Origin: Candidatus Bathyarchaeia archaeon
GTDB taxonomy: Archaea > Thermoproteota > Bathyarchaeia > Bathyarchaeales > Bathycorpusculaceae
Reading direction: 5' to 3'
NCBI GenBank assembly: GCA_050010755.1
Contig: JBEKKK010000006.1
Coordinates: 1-61,822 of the forward strand
DNA: 61,822 nucleotides
This document shows, piece by piece, positions 1 through 10,033 of this stretch. Position 1 is the first letter of the stretch, and every line of letters begins with the position of its first letter. The position numbers were made by a program, and so were the translations under genes. The notes below the pieces were generated by a model. That model searched no databases, was not told the DNA's origin, and was given only the letters and a program-made list of their open reading frames with translations.

Positions 1-562
1 GACAAAGGAAGAACGCCAAAACTAAGGCTCAAGTCAAGTTGAAAGCTGAAAGTGACCGAGCGAATTAACAGCTTTTGTTAAGCCACTAGCCCAAGATTCC
101 CAAGATGGACCCAGACTATGAATGTACGGACCGTATTCGATTGGGTTTCGCCAAATCCCTAGACGGTAGGGGGGTTTGTGGCTCGGTTTAGAGTTGTTTT
201 CGCCAGAGAATCCCGAATCATATAGAAGGTTATGACCATTTAATCTGTAATTGTAATGCTTTTTCCATGCTTTTGACCAGAGCCACACGAACAACCCTCG
301 AACCACGCTTTTTGATAGGTGAGAAGAGGTACATACGGCACTTTTTTGCTTGAGTTATTTTTAACATCCACATAAGCAACGACTTAAAGAACACACATAG
401 GTGGGTTTCTACCCTACTTTCTATCAGTGCATGGTGGTTACGGTGTTTTGGTTCTGGCGCAAGCATATCAACCCCGGAACTGTGAAACAGGATGGGCTGG
501 AGACTTTTTCCCAGAGTGGTTTATTTGTGCGCTCTGCACTAGTTTGCTGTGGTTGCTTCAAC

Positions 563-2152
563 GTGAATCAAGACAAGCCCTTGCGAGAAATCATTGAAAC
601 TCTCATGGACAGCCCTTCTCCCACACATCATGATTTGGGCTATCTAAAAAAACGGGCTGCCTCCAAACATCATCTGCGTAAAGTGCCCTCAAACTCCGAG
701 ATAATACGATTGCTTAAGGCGGAAGAGAAACGCAGGCTATTGCCGCTCCTGAGAAGAAAGGCAACGCGCACAATCTCAGGCGTCACAGTGGTCGCCACGA
801 TGACGAAGCCCTATCCTTGTCCGCAGGCTGAACCTTGTGCGTACTGTCCGGGAGGACCCGCCATGGGCGTTCCTCAAAGCTACACCGGTTTCGAACCGGC
901 GGCCATGCGCGGACTCCAAAACGAATTCAACCCTTTCCTCCAAGTAAAAAGCCGAATCGAACAACTACAGGCCATAGGACATAACGTCGACAAGATAGAA
1001 CTCATCATAATGGGCGGAACCTTCCCAGCCACGCCACTAGACTATCAAACCTGGTTCATACAACGTTGCCTCGACGCCATCACAGACAAAGACTCCGGCA
1101 ACCTTGAAGAAGCTAAACGGAACGCTGAAACGAGCAGCGTCCGTAACGTCGGCATAACAGTCGAAACACGGCCAGACTGGGCCAAGAAAACCCACGTAGA
1201 CCACATGTTAAACATGGGCGTAACCCGCGTAGAAATGGGCGTCCAAAACCCGAACAACAACATCTACCGATTGGTCGGCAGAACACACACCGTCAGAGAC
1301 GTCGTCGAATCCACACGAATAATGAAGGATGCAGGACTCAAAATAGTCTATCACATGATGCCTGGACTTCCCGGCTCGAACAGAGAAAAGGACCTGCAAG
1401 CCTTCAAAAAGATATTCACAGACCCCCGCTACAGACCCGACATGCTGAAAATCTACCCATGCCTAGTCCTGAAGAACACAAGAGTCCACGAATGGTACAA
1501 GGCTGAGGAATTCAGACCGTACTCGAACGACGAAGCAGTTGATATCATCGCGGAAATCAAAACAATGGTCCCAAAATGGATGCGTATCATGCGCGTCCAA
1601 CGCGACATACCCGCACCATTAATCGTTGCAGGAGTCAACAAAAGTAATCTACGACAACTCGTACGAGACAAAATGGTTGAGAAAGGCACAAAGTGCAACT
1701 GCATACGCTGCAGAGAAGTCGGCCACAAAACAGACGCGGACATAATGCCCGCCCCAGAGGAAGTCGACATCCTGACCACAGAGTATCAAGCTTCTGATGG
1801 CAAAGAAATCTTCATCTCGGCAGAACACCCAAACGACACTTTGATAGGCTATCTCAGGCTGAGAATTCCTTCAGAAAAAGCCCATAGACAAGAAGTCAAA
1901 GCAAAGCCGTGTTCCATTGTACGAGAACTCCACGTGTACGGATCCCTCGTTCCCGTCGGCAAACACTTCGATCAAGCTTGGCAACACAAGGGCTTCGGCA
2001 ACATCCTCCTAGCCACAGCGGAAAAAACGACGAGAGAGCAGTATGATCTGAAAAAGATTCTAGTTATAAGCGCCCTCGGCACAAGACAGTACTATAAACG
2101 ACTCGGCTACAAACGCGATGGAGTTTACATGTCAAAGACGTTGGAAGGTTGA
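563..2152 (+). CDS. elp3: tRNA uridine(34) acetyltransferase Elp3 (radical SAM + GNAT)
   Basis: CPQAEPCAYCPGG cluster motif, GGTF, ETRPD, RVQRDIP, RELHVYG, WQHKGFG, YYKRLGY. GTG at 563 is a more plausible start than 401. Confidence 0.95.
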   Translation: MNQDKPLREIIETLMDSPSPTHHDLGYLKKRAASKHHLRKVPSNSEIIRLLKAEEKRRLLPLLRRKATRTISGVTVVATMTKPYPCPQAEPCAYCPGGPAMGVPQSYTGFEPAAMRGLQNEFNPFLQVKSRIEQLQAIGHNVDKIELIIMGGTFPATPLDYQTWFIQRCLDAITDKDSGNLEEAKRNAETSSVRNVGITVETRPDWAKKTHVDHMLNMGVTRVEMGVQNPNNNIYRLVGRTHTVRDVVESTRIMKDAGLKIVYHMMPGLPGSNREKDLQAFKKIFTDPRYRPDMLKIYPCLVLKNTRVHEWYKAEEFRPYSNDEAVDIIAEIKTMVPKWMRIMRVQRDIPAPLIVAGVNKSNLRQLVRDKMVEKGTKCNCIRCREVGHKTDADIMPAPEEVDILTTEYQASDGKEIFISAEHPNDTLIGYLRLRIPSEKAHRQEVKAKPCSIVRELHVYGSLVPVGKHFDQAWQHKGFGNILLATAEKTTREQYDLKKILVISALGTRQYYKRLGYKRDGVYMSKTLEG

Positions 2153-2154
2153 GA

Positions 2155-3477
2155 ATGAACGAAAAGGAGTTTTCAGGCTACAGAGGAGAAGCCCTAGCCA
2201 GAACACGAAAAGCCGAGGCAGACGTGGGCGACATGATACGAATCACCAAGGGAAAAGAAATCTACGAAGGAATACTCATCCCGCGGTCCGAGTACGGTGA
2301 CGAAACTCACATAGTGGTGAAGCTGAAGAACGGCTACAACATCGGCATAGGAATAACACCCGAGACCAAGATAGAGAGAATCGGTAAAGGAACAAAACCC
2401 ACGTTTGCAGCTCCCCCCCAGCCCGAACAGAACCCGCAACTGCCCAATGTCACGATACTGAGCACTGGAGGAACTATAGCCAGCCGAGTGGACTACAGAA
2501 CAGGCGGCGTACGGCCCGCGCTGACGGCCGGCGACCTCTACAGCGTCGTGCCCGAACTGGCAGACATAGCCCGAATAAACGCCCAAATCCTCTTTAGCCT
2601 TTTCAGCGAAAACATCACCCCCCAACAATGGGGAGAACTCGCCAAAGCCATAGGAGAACAAGCCGCTAAAGGCGCGGACGGAGTTGTCATAGCCCATGGA
2701 ACAGACACGATGGGCTACACAGCAGCGGCGCTCAGCTTTGCCCTGCAAAACCTTCCGTTTCCAGTAGTAATCGTGGGCTCACAGCGTTCAGCCGACAGAC
2801 CGAGCTCGGATGCGGCCACAAACCTCATAGGTGCAGTCACGGCAGCGGCAAGAGCACCCTTCGCAGAAGTGACAGTAGCAATGCACGAGACAACATCAGA
2901 CGACTCCATCGTCTTTCACAGAGGAACAAAAGTCCGCAAGTGCCACACGAGCAGCAGAGACGCCTTCAAATCCGTGAACGCAACTCCGATAGCAAGAATG
3001 AAGAACCGAGAACTCACCATGCTGACGCAGGAGTACAGGAAGCGCGGCGCCCCTGAGAGACTTGCGCTAAGGCCCGAATTCAACGACAAGGTTGCCCTCG
3101 TCAAATTCTATCCCGGCATGGACCCTGCTGTAATTGATTGGCTCGTAGACCAGCATTATGAGGGAATAATCCTCGAAGGAACGGGCCTAGGCCACATCAA
3201 CATGAGGAGTTTCGAAGCTGTGCGAAAAGCCATCATGAAAGATGTTATTGTCGGTATGACGTCTCAATGTGTCTGGGGAAGGGTGAACATGAACGTTTAC
3301 AACGCAGGCCGCGACCTGCAGGCTCAGGGTGTGATACCCTTAGAGGACATGCTTCCTGAGACAGCTCTTGTTAAGCTCATGTGGATCTTAGGTCAAACAA
3401 AAGACGTGGAAGAGGCAAAGAGACTTCTAACGACTAATATCGCAGGAGAAATCTCACCGCGGACCCTTCCAGAATGA
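2155..3477 (+). CDS. gatD: Glu-tRNA(Gln) amidotransferase subunit D
   Basis: KLKNGYNIG N-domain, STGGTIASRVDY, HGTDTM, GSQRSADRPSSD asparaginase-like motifs; adjacent to gatE. Confidence 0.97.
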   Translation: MNEKEFSGYRGEALARTRKAEADVGDMIRITKGKEIYEGILIPRSEYGDETHIVVKLKNGYNIGIGITPETKIERIGKGTKPTFAAPPQPEQNPQLPNVTILSTGGTIASRVDYRTGGVRPALTAGDLYSVVPELADIARINAQILFSLFSENITPQQWGELAKAIGEQAAKGADGVVIAHGTDTMGYTAAALSFALQNLPFPVVIVGSQRSADRPSSDAATNLIGAVTAAARAPFAEVTVAMHETTSDDSIVFHRGTKVRKCHTSSRDAFKSVNATPIARMKNRELTMLTQEYRKRGAPERLALRPEFNDKVALVKFYPGMDPAVIDWLVDQHYEGIILEGTGLGHINMRSFEAVRKAIMKDVIVGMTSQCVWGRVNMNVYNAGRDLQAQGVIPLEDMLPETALVKLMWILGQTKDVEEAKRLLTTNIAGEISPRTLPE

Positions 3478-3506
3478 CCTAGTCTGGAACGCAAAAAGGT
3501 GATTGG

Positions 3507-5414
3507 ATGGAAATGGATTATGAGAAAATCGGGTTGAAAGTGGGGCTGGAAATCCACCAGCAGCTAGACACTACTGCGAAGTTGTTCTGCAGTTGCAAAC
3601 CGCAACTGTTCAAGGAAGAGCCCGAGATAACTTTTCTCAGGCGACTCAGACCGACCCAAAGCGAACTCGGACAGGTTGATCCCGCGGCCTTTTTCGAGTT
3701 TCAGAAGGGCGTGAAAATACTGTACCAGGCTAACCGGGCCACTTCATGCCTTGTTGAGATGGATGAGGAGCCCCCCCATCCGCTGAATTCCGAAGCCGTT
3801 GAAACGGTCCTGAGCATAGCTCTGTTGATGAAGGCCAAACCTGTCGACGAGGTTCACGTTATGCGCAAGACGGTTATAGACGGTTCCAACACGACGGGCT
3901 TCCAAAGAACCTGCGTCATAGCCTTGGACGGGGAGATAAAAGTGGGAGAGAAAACCATTCCAATTCAGCATGCAGGCTTGGAAGAGGACGCAGCGAGAAA
4001 GACAGGCGAGGAGACCGGGAATGTGGCCATCTATCGCATCGACCGTTTGGGCATCCCACTCGTGGAGATTGCAACTGCGCCCGTCATAAAGTCGCCTAAA
4101 GAAGCCGAGGAAGTCGCACTCGCCATCGGAAGAATCTTGAGGGCTACTGGAAAAGTGATTCGTGGTTTGGGCACTATTCGCCAAGACGTAAACATATCTA
4201 TCCCCAAGGGCGCGCTCATGGAGATCAAAGGCCTCCAAGAGCTTGACCTAGTTCCTCTGGTCGTGAAATACGAAGTTCAACGACAATTAGGTCTCATAGG
4301 AATAGCCGAAGAGTTGAAACGTACCGGAATTAAAGAGGAGAATCTGGAAGAAAAATTCTTCGACGTCAGCACCGTGTTCAAGCAGACAAAGTGCAAAGTC
4401 GTTCAGAAGGCTCTGGATGCCAACCAAAAAGTCCTAGCGGTTAAACTAGCAAAATTCAAAGGATTCCTGAAGCGGGAACTGATGCCAGGGTTCCGCCTCG
4501 GAACAGAAATGGCCGACAGAGCCAGATTCTGGGGAAGAGTCGGAGGCATATTCCACACAGATGAAATGCCAGCATATGGAATAACCGCGGAAGAAGTTGT
4601 TGAACTGAGAAAGGTGGTTAGCGCAGAGGATGAGGATGCTGTGGTGTTCGTTGCGGACAAGGCTGAAAACGCCACAGACGCGTTGAAAGCCGTTTTCGAA
4701 AGAGCAAGAGAAGCCTTGAAAGGCGTGCCGGCTGAGACTCGTGCACCAAACGCTGACGGAACGACGAGGTACATGCGGCCACGTCCGGGAGCAGCGAGAA
4801 TGTATCCAGAAACAGACATCCCGCCCCTACAAATAACGCAAGACTACGTGAGGAGAGTTAGCCTCAAACTTCCAGAACTCCCAGAACAGAAGCTGGAACG
4901 GTTAACCAAAGCGTATAGGCTGAATCAGAAATTGGCCAAGCAAATTCTTGATTCTGAGTACGGTGAATTGTTCGAAACCATCGTTAATGAGAGCAAGGTT
5001 TCGCCCACGACCATAGCCGCTTTCATGACAGAAACGGCGAAAGCCCTGAAACGTGACGGTGTTCCCGTCGAAAAAGTCGCAGACAATCAAATAAGAGAAA
5101 TTTTCAAAGCTGTCGGTTCAGGAAGACTGACAAAAGAGGCTATCTCTGAAATCGTCAGCTGGCTTTCGCAACATGAAGACAACAGTGTGGACGACGCAAT
5201 CAACAAGATTGGCCTGAAAATGCTCTCCAGCGAGGAGCTTGAAAAGATCGTCGACTCCATAATGGAACGAAACAGAACGCTCATTCATGAACGGGGAGAA
5301 GACGCCTTCGGACCACTCCTAGGCATGGTGATGAAAGAGGTTCGAGGCAAAGCCATCGCGGCATTAGTGAGCGAACTTGTCAAGAAAAGACTGGAACGGG
5401 CCCGCAAAGATTGA
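3507..5414 (+). CDS. gatE: Glu-tRNA(Gln) amidotransferase subunit E
   Basis: GLKVGLEIHQQL, DGSNTTGFQRT, GLGTIRQDVNISI, RPRPGAARMYPETD. Confidence 0.97.
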   Translation: MEMDYEKIGLKVGLEIHQQLDTTAKLFCSCKPQLFKEEPEITFLRRLRPTQSELGQVDPAAFFEFQKGVKILYQANRATSCLVEMDEEPPHPLNSEAVETVLSIALLMKAKPVDEVHVMRKTVIDGSNTTGFQRTCVIALDGEIKVGEKTIPIQHAGLEEDAARKTGEETGNVAIYRIDRLGIPLVEIATAPVIKSPKEAEEVALAIGRILRATGKVIRGLGTIRQDVNISIPKGALMEIKGLQELDLVPLVVKYEVQRQLGLIGIAEELKRTGIKEENLEEKFFDVSTVFKQTKCKVVQKALDANQKVLAVKLAKFKGFLKRELMPGFRLGTEMADRARFWGRVGGIFHTDEMPAYGITAEEVVELRKVVSAEDEDAVVFVADKAENATDALKAVFERAREALKGVPAETRAPNADGTTRYMRPRPGAARMYPETDIPPLQITQDYVRRVSLKLPELPEQKLERLTKAYRLNQKLAKQILDSEYGELFETIVNESKVSPTTIAAFMTETAKALKRDGVPVEKVADNQIREIFKAVGSGRLTKEAISEIVSWLSQHEDNSVDDAINKIGLKMLSSEELEKIVDSIMERNRTLIHERGEDAFGPLLGMVMKEVRGKAIAALVSELVKKRLERARKD

Positions 5415-5860
5415 AAAAAGTGTACGCATGAAAACGGTAACTCGGTCCTCGTTCCTGCCAAGAGGCTCTTGCTGCGGTTGACCAAAGTTGAGCGTTGATT
5501 GGGATTAATTTTTCACTTCAAACAGGCTTAACATAGATCCAAACGGCCAGAAAGAAGAATAGAAGTATTCCTTCAGGACAGCAATTTTACTGTTCTTGCG
5601 TAACATGCCATACTAAAACCTCGCTAGAACTGTTTGAGCTACATAGGGCGACACAGAGCTGAACAACAAGCATCTCGTGCCATATTCGTCAAGTTCGAGT
5701 TTTCGTTCGAAAGTCTTAAGCTTACGGCGAACGTCAAGAATTGAAGCCGTTTCCTTGAATGGCGTTTGTTTTATCATATCTATTTTTCATCAATAATGTA
5801 TATTTGCACGTGCTTCTCTGGCACAATTCGATTGGCGATTTCGATGTTATTGTGAGAAGT

Positions 5861-5922
5861 GCTTAAATAACAAACTCTATCCTTAGTGTTCAATTCAATT
5901 ATAAAAACACTAAGAGCCTGAA
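5861..5922 (+). promoter_or_regulatory. TATA box plus two putative NrdR boxes upstream of nrdR-nrdD-nrdG
   Basis: GCTTAAATAA at 5861; ACTCTATCCTTAGTGT (5874-5889) resembles the NrdR-box consensus ACACWATATATWGTGT; ACACTAAG starts 33 bp later (5907); CTTAGTGTT...AACACTAAG is an inverted repeat. Confidence 0.5.
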
Positions 5923-5941
5923 ACGTACGATTGTGATTATG

Positions 5942-6388
5942 ATGAAATGTCCATACTGCGGATCTGAGAATCTCAAGACGCTTGAAACAAGGGATTCGCT
6001 AGACAATACTGTTAGAAGACGCAGAGAATGTGAAGACTGTGGAAAACGTTTCACCTCGTACGAATACGTGGAAACGGTCGAATTGATGGTGAAGAAGAAA
6101 GACGGCAGGCTTGAACGCTTTGATTTCAATAAAATCGTTAGAGGTCTGCAGAAAGCCTGCGAGAAGAGACCTGTGACTATGGAACAAATCCATGAATTAG
6201 CAGAACATGTTAGACAAGACTTGATGGCTCTAGGAAAAGAGGAAGTCAGTTCTAGGGAAATCGGAGATATAGTTACGAAGTATCTGAAGAAACTTGACCG
6301 GGTGTCTTACATCAGGTTCGCCTCGGTCTACAGAGAATTTGAGGAACCTGAAGATTTTCAGAGGTTGCTCAAAGAGGTAAAAACATGA
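5942..6388 (+). CDS. nrdR: Transcriptional repressor NrdR (Zn ribbon + ATP cone)
   Basis: MKCPYC...VRRRRECEDCGKRFTSYE, VKKKDGRLERFD, YIRFASVYREF. Confidence 0.95.
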   Translation: MKCPYCGSENLKTLETRDSLDNTVRRRRECEDCGKRFTSYEYVETVELMVKKKDGRLERFDFNKIVRGLQKACEKRPVTMEQIHELAEHVRQDLMALGKEEVSSREIGDIVTKYLKKLDRVSYIRFASVYREFEEPEDFQRLLKEVKT

Positions 6389-8502
6389 AATACGTTAGAA
6401 AGCGTGATGGAAGATTAGAATCCTTTGACCAGGAACGAATAACAAACGCCATTTGGAAAGCAGCTAAAGCTGTGGGCGGGAAAGACCGAGAACAAGCCGG
6501 AAGAATAAGCGATCAGGTTCTAACCGAGCTCAAGAACCGTTTTGGAGAAGATGGTGTACCAACCGTCGAGGAGATTCAGGATCTTGTCGAAAAGATGATA
6601 ATAGAGAATGGCCATGCGAGAACCGCAAAAGCTTACATTCTTTACAGAAAGCAGCATCAGGATCAAAGAGAGCTGGCAGCGCTCCTCAGCGATGCAGATC
6701 TTGTGGATCAGTATTTGGAGATTGAAGATTGGCGTGTACGGGAAAACTCTAACATGAGTTACTCTCTGCAAGGCTTGAACAATTATCTCTCATCAACGGT
6801 CATAGCCAAGTACTGGATTAGCAGGATTTACCCCCCAGACATAGCTGAGGCCCATTTTTCCGGGGACATGCATATCCACGACCTAGGCGTCTTGGGAGCC
6901 TACTGTGTTGGCTGGGACCTAGGCGAACTGCTAACATGGGGGTTCGGAGGCGTTTCTGGAAAAATCGAAAGCAAACCCGCAAAGCACTTCAGAACCGCTT
7001 TGGGACAAATTGTGAACTTTTTCTATACGCTTCAGGGCGAGGCCGCCGGAGCCCAAGCGTTCAGCACCTTCGACACCTATCTTGCACCGTTCATACACTA
7101 TGACGGATTGAACCAGAAAGAGGTTGAGCAGGGACTGCAGGAATTCTTCTTCAACATGAACGTTCCCACTCGCGTCGGCTTCCAAACACCGTTCACCAAT
7201 GTTACACTGGACCTAACAATTCCAGACTTTATGAAAGATGAAGCAGTAATCGTGGGCGGGAAGACGATGGACGCTTCGTATGGTGATATGCAGGAGGAGA
7301 TGGACATATTCAACTCTGCTTATGCTGAGGTGATGAGCCAAGGAGACTCGAAAGGGAGAGTTTTCACTTTTCCAATTCCTACGTATTGTCTCACTAAGAA
7401 TTTCGATTGGGACACGCCTTCGTGCCAAAAAATATTTGAGGTCACTGCCAAGTACGGTGTGCCTTACTTTTCAAATTTCATCAACAGCGACATGAACCCC
7501 GAGGACGTTCGGAGCATGTGCTGTCGTTTGAGGATAGATAATAGAGAACTTCGTAAGCGGGGAGGGGGGTTCTTCGGGGCTAACCCGCTCACTGGGTCTA
7601 TAGGGGTCGTTACTCTGAACCTGCCCAGGATTGGATATTTGGCAAAGGACGAGGACGAATTCTTTGAGCGGTTAGAGACCCTCATGGAAACGGCGCGCGA
7701 CAGCTTAGAAACAAAACGGAAAGTGTTGGAATCCTTTACGGAGAGCGGTTTGTATCCGTACTCTAAACATTATCTTCAAGAGGTGAAGAAAGGGTTTGAC
7801 CGCTACTGGAAGAACCACTTTTCGACGATAGGTATTGTGGGCATGAATGAAGCCATCCTGAACCTTTTCGGCGTTAACATAGCTTCAACGGACGGAATGG
7901 AATTTGCTATGAGAGTACTGACGTTCATGCGCGAGAAACTGTCGGACTACCAGCAACAAACAGGCAGCATCTATAACCTTGAGGCCACTCCGGCGGAGGG
8001 AACAAGCTACAGGCTTGCACGCATCGACAGGAGAAAATATCCGGAAATCGCAGCTGCCAATCAGAAAAACGTTGCAAACGGAGCTGAACCCTTCTACACC
8101 AACTCTTCGCAATTGCCCGTGGACTACGAAGGCGACCTGTTTGAGGCCTTGCAGCATCAGGACAGGCTTCAGACGCTTTACACAGGCGGGACTGTTTTCC
8201 ATATATTTCTTGGAGAAAGACTCTACTCATGGAAGGCCACTGCCGAACTCGTAAAGAAGGTTGCGGGGAGTTCACACCTGCCCTACTTCACTCTGACCCC
8301 CACCTTCAGCATATGTCCAACTCACGGCTACGTGAGCGGCGAGCAGAGACAGTGCCCCACGTGTGGATCAAAGTGCGAAGTCTACTCAAGAGTCGTCGGA
8401 TACCTGAGACCGGTTGATCAGTGGAACGACGGCAAACAGGCAGAATTTGCAATTCGTCGAACCTTCGATAAGTCGGCAGTCATGCAAACAGTAGCTGCCT
8501 GA
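6385..8502 (+). CDS. nrdD: Anaerobic (class III) ribonucleoside-triphosphate reductase with N-terminal ATP cone
   Basis: VRKRDGR ATP cone, HIHDL, SMCCRL, EATPAEG, CPTH...CPTC Zn site, YSRVVGYLRP glycyl loop. Confidence 0.95.
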   Translation: MKYVRKRDGRLESFDQERITNAIWKAAKAVGGKDREQAGRISDQVLTELKNRFGEDGVPTVEEIQDLVEKMIIENGHARTAKAYILYRKQHQDQRELAALLSDADLVDQYLEIEDWRVRENSNMSYSLQGLNNYLSSTVIAKYWISRIYPPDIAEAHFSGDMHIHDLGVLGAYCVGWDLGELLTWGFGGVSGKIESKPAKHFRTALGQIVNFFYTLQGEAAGAQAFSTFDTYLAPFIHYDGLNQKEVEQGLQEFFFNMNVPTRVGFQTPFTNVTLDLTIPDFMKDEAVIVGGKTMDASYGDMQEEMDIFNSAYAEVMSQGDSKGRVFTFPIPTYCLTKNFDWDTPSCQKIFEVTAKYGVPYFSNFINSDMNPEDVRSMCCRLRIDNRELRKRGGGFFGANPLTGSIGVVTLNLPRIGYLAKDEDEFFERLETLMETARDSLETKRKVLESFTESGLYPYSKHYLQEVKKGFDRYWKNHFSTIGIVGMNEAILNLFGVNIASTDGMEFAMRVLTFMREKLSDYQQQTGSIYNLEATPAEGTSYRLARIDRRKYPEIAAANQKNVANGAEPFYTNSSQLPVDYEGDLFEALQHQDRLQTLYTGGTVFHIFLGERLYSWKATAELVKKVAGSSHLPYFTLTPTFSICPTHGYVSGEQRQCPTCGSKCEVYSRVVGYLRPVDQWNDGKQAEFAIRRTFDKSAVMQTVAA

Positions 8503-8514
8503 GTGAGAATATCC

Positions 8515-9195
8515 ATGAAATTCAGCGGCATCCAAAAGACGAGCTTAGTTGACTTTCCGAATCGCGTGGCTTCAGTTCTGTTCACTCCAGGCTGTAACCT
8601 CCGCTGCCCATACTGCCACAACTGGAGAATAGTCGTAGACCCCAAGCCACCCTTTCTGAACGACGAAACAACCCTCAAAATTCTTGAGGAACGCAAAAAG
8701 TTTGTAGACGCTGTCGTCGTCACAGGCGGAGAGCCCACTATTCACAAAGAACTCCCTAAGTTTTTGAAGAGGCTGAAAGAAGGAGGTTTCGGAGTAAAAC
8801 TCGACACAAACGGCCTCAATCCGTGCGCGCTGGAAGAGTGCCTGCCCTACGTGGATTACGTGGCATTGGACGTGAAGACCAGCCTCAGAAAATACAAACG
8901 CCTGGGAACGCAAGGCACGCCTGCAGAGCTTGTGCACACTGTTGACATTCTAAAAACAGGAAAGGTCGAGTGCGAATTCAGAACCACAGTCGTACCAGGA
9001 CTTGTCGACGAAGAAGACTTGATTGAGATAGGCGAACTCGTCAAGGGCGCCAAAAACTTTGTCCTACAGCAGTTCGTTCCCAACGACACTCTCGACAAGA
9101 ACCTAACCTCTCTAAAACCCCTTTCGAGAGAGAATCTGGCAAACTTCGCCGAAAGCATGAAGAAGTACGCCGACAACGTCACACTTCGAGCTTGA
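8515..9195 (+). CDS. nrdG: Anaerobic RNR activating enzyme (radical SAM)
   Basis: GCNLRCPYCHN, TGGEPT, KLDTNG; directly follows nrdD. Confidence 0.93.
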   Translation: MKFSGIQKTSLVDFPNRVASVLFTPGCNLRCPYCHNWRIVVDPKPPFLNDETTLKILEERKKFVDAVVVTGGEPTIHKELPKFLKRLKEGGFGVKLDTNGLNPCALEECLPYVDYVALDVKTSLRKYKRLGTQGTPAELVHTVDILKTGKVECEFRTTVVPGLVDEEDLIEIGELVKGAKNFVLQQFVPNDTLDKNLTSLKPLSRENLANFAESMKKYADNVTLRA

Positions 9196-9409
9196 CCAAA
9201 CTTTGCCACGACTTGGACCCTTACTCTGAAACGCGTCCGGTCCATTCCCAATTGAGTTCAAGTCCTTAGAAACCTGAACCGATAACAGGGCAAATCCCCC
9301 GACTATTCCTTTCTTTCTGTTGAGCTTCAGCTAAAATCTCATAAAAATAGCGCGCGCTTGAGACTTGAACCTCTTTGGGGTGTAATCCTCACCGCTCCAA
9401 ATCCAAGGT

Positions 9410-9709
9410 TTAAGTCTTCTCATCCTGCTCCTCAGCGGGTTCCAACGTGAGTTCGAGGACGTAGCCCTCCAACTTCCCCTCCTCATCCCCCCGCAGAAGC
9501 TTCAACGTCAACCTGGGAATCGTCAAACGCCCGTCCCTTCTCATCCGCCCAACAAACCGTTCACTGCCAAAAAACTCTGCACAGCTCACGTGCACTATCA
9601 AAACCTGATCAGGCTCCATCTTGTACCGCCAGCGCAACAGCCTAGGAACCTGAACCCTGCCTCCCCCCTGCAAAACAGCCTTAAACGTCACAGACTCCGA
9701 CAAAGGCAA
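9410..9709 (-). CDS. Small protein with two tandem AbrB/SpoVT-like DNA-binding domains
   Basis: FKAVLQGGGRVQVPRLLR and FVGRMRRDGRLTIPRLTL repeats; TTG start at 9709 preceded by GGGGTGG RBS-like sequence. Confidence 0.7.
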   Translation of the reverse strand: MPLSESVTFKAVLQGGGRVQVPRLLRWRYKMEPDQVLIVHVSCAEFFGSERFVGRMRRDGRLTIPRLTLKLLRGDEEGKLEGYVLELTLEPAEEQDEKT

Positions 9710-9750
9710 ACAAACCACCCCACCCAACATACGCCAACGGCTTTCCAAGA

Positions 9751-9850
9751 CGAAACCGGACGAAACAAGACGACCCCAGACAAACCGGGACGAAACAAGA
9801 CGACCCCAGACAAACCGAGACGAAACAAGACGAATCCAGACGAAACAAGA
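9751..9850. repeat. Array of ten 10-bp direct repeats (consensus CGAAACMAGA) with 30-bp higher-order unit
   Basis: cgaaaccgga cgaaacaaga cgaccccaga caaaccggga cgaaacaaga cgaccccaga caaaccgaga cgaaacaaga cgaatccaga cgaaacaaga; GAC recurs every 10 bp. Confidence 0.95.
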
Positions 9851-10033
9851 CGTGGACAACGCCTCATATAAGCCTTGCCACAAAAAACCAGCCCAAAACA
9901 AGCTCCACAAAAAACAAGAGCCGACCCCCCCAAAACCCGACAACAACCACGACAACAAACACCCTGAAGGCGCAAGGTTTAAGGGTCAAAGCACCGCTTA
10001 ATCATCGAACATTCTTCGGGACGGGTTTGAAGT

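Noticed and set aside
401-562. N-terminal extension of Elp3
   Set aside because: Not Elp3-like and contains promoter-like DNA; GTG at 563 preferred.
9250-9380. GTTCAAGTC T-loop-like motifs suggesting tRNA fragments or att sites
   Set aside because: Stems do not pair as a T arm and no cloverleaf can be built.
9751-9850. CRISPR array
   Set aside because: Units are 10 bp and contiguous, with no unique spacers and no cas genes.
9710-9975. N-terminal extension of the 182-aa ORF and overlapping ORFs 9590-9871 and 9688-9975
   Set aside because: They merely translate the low-complexity repeat; a better RBS and start exist at 9709.
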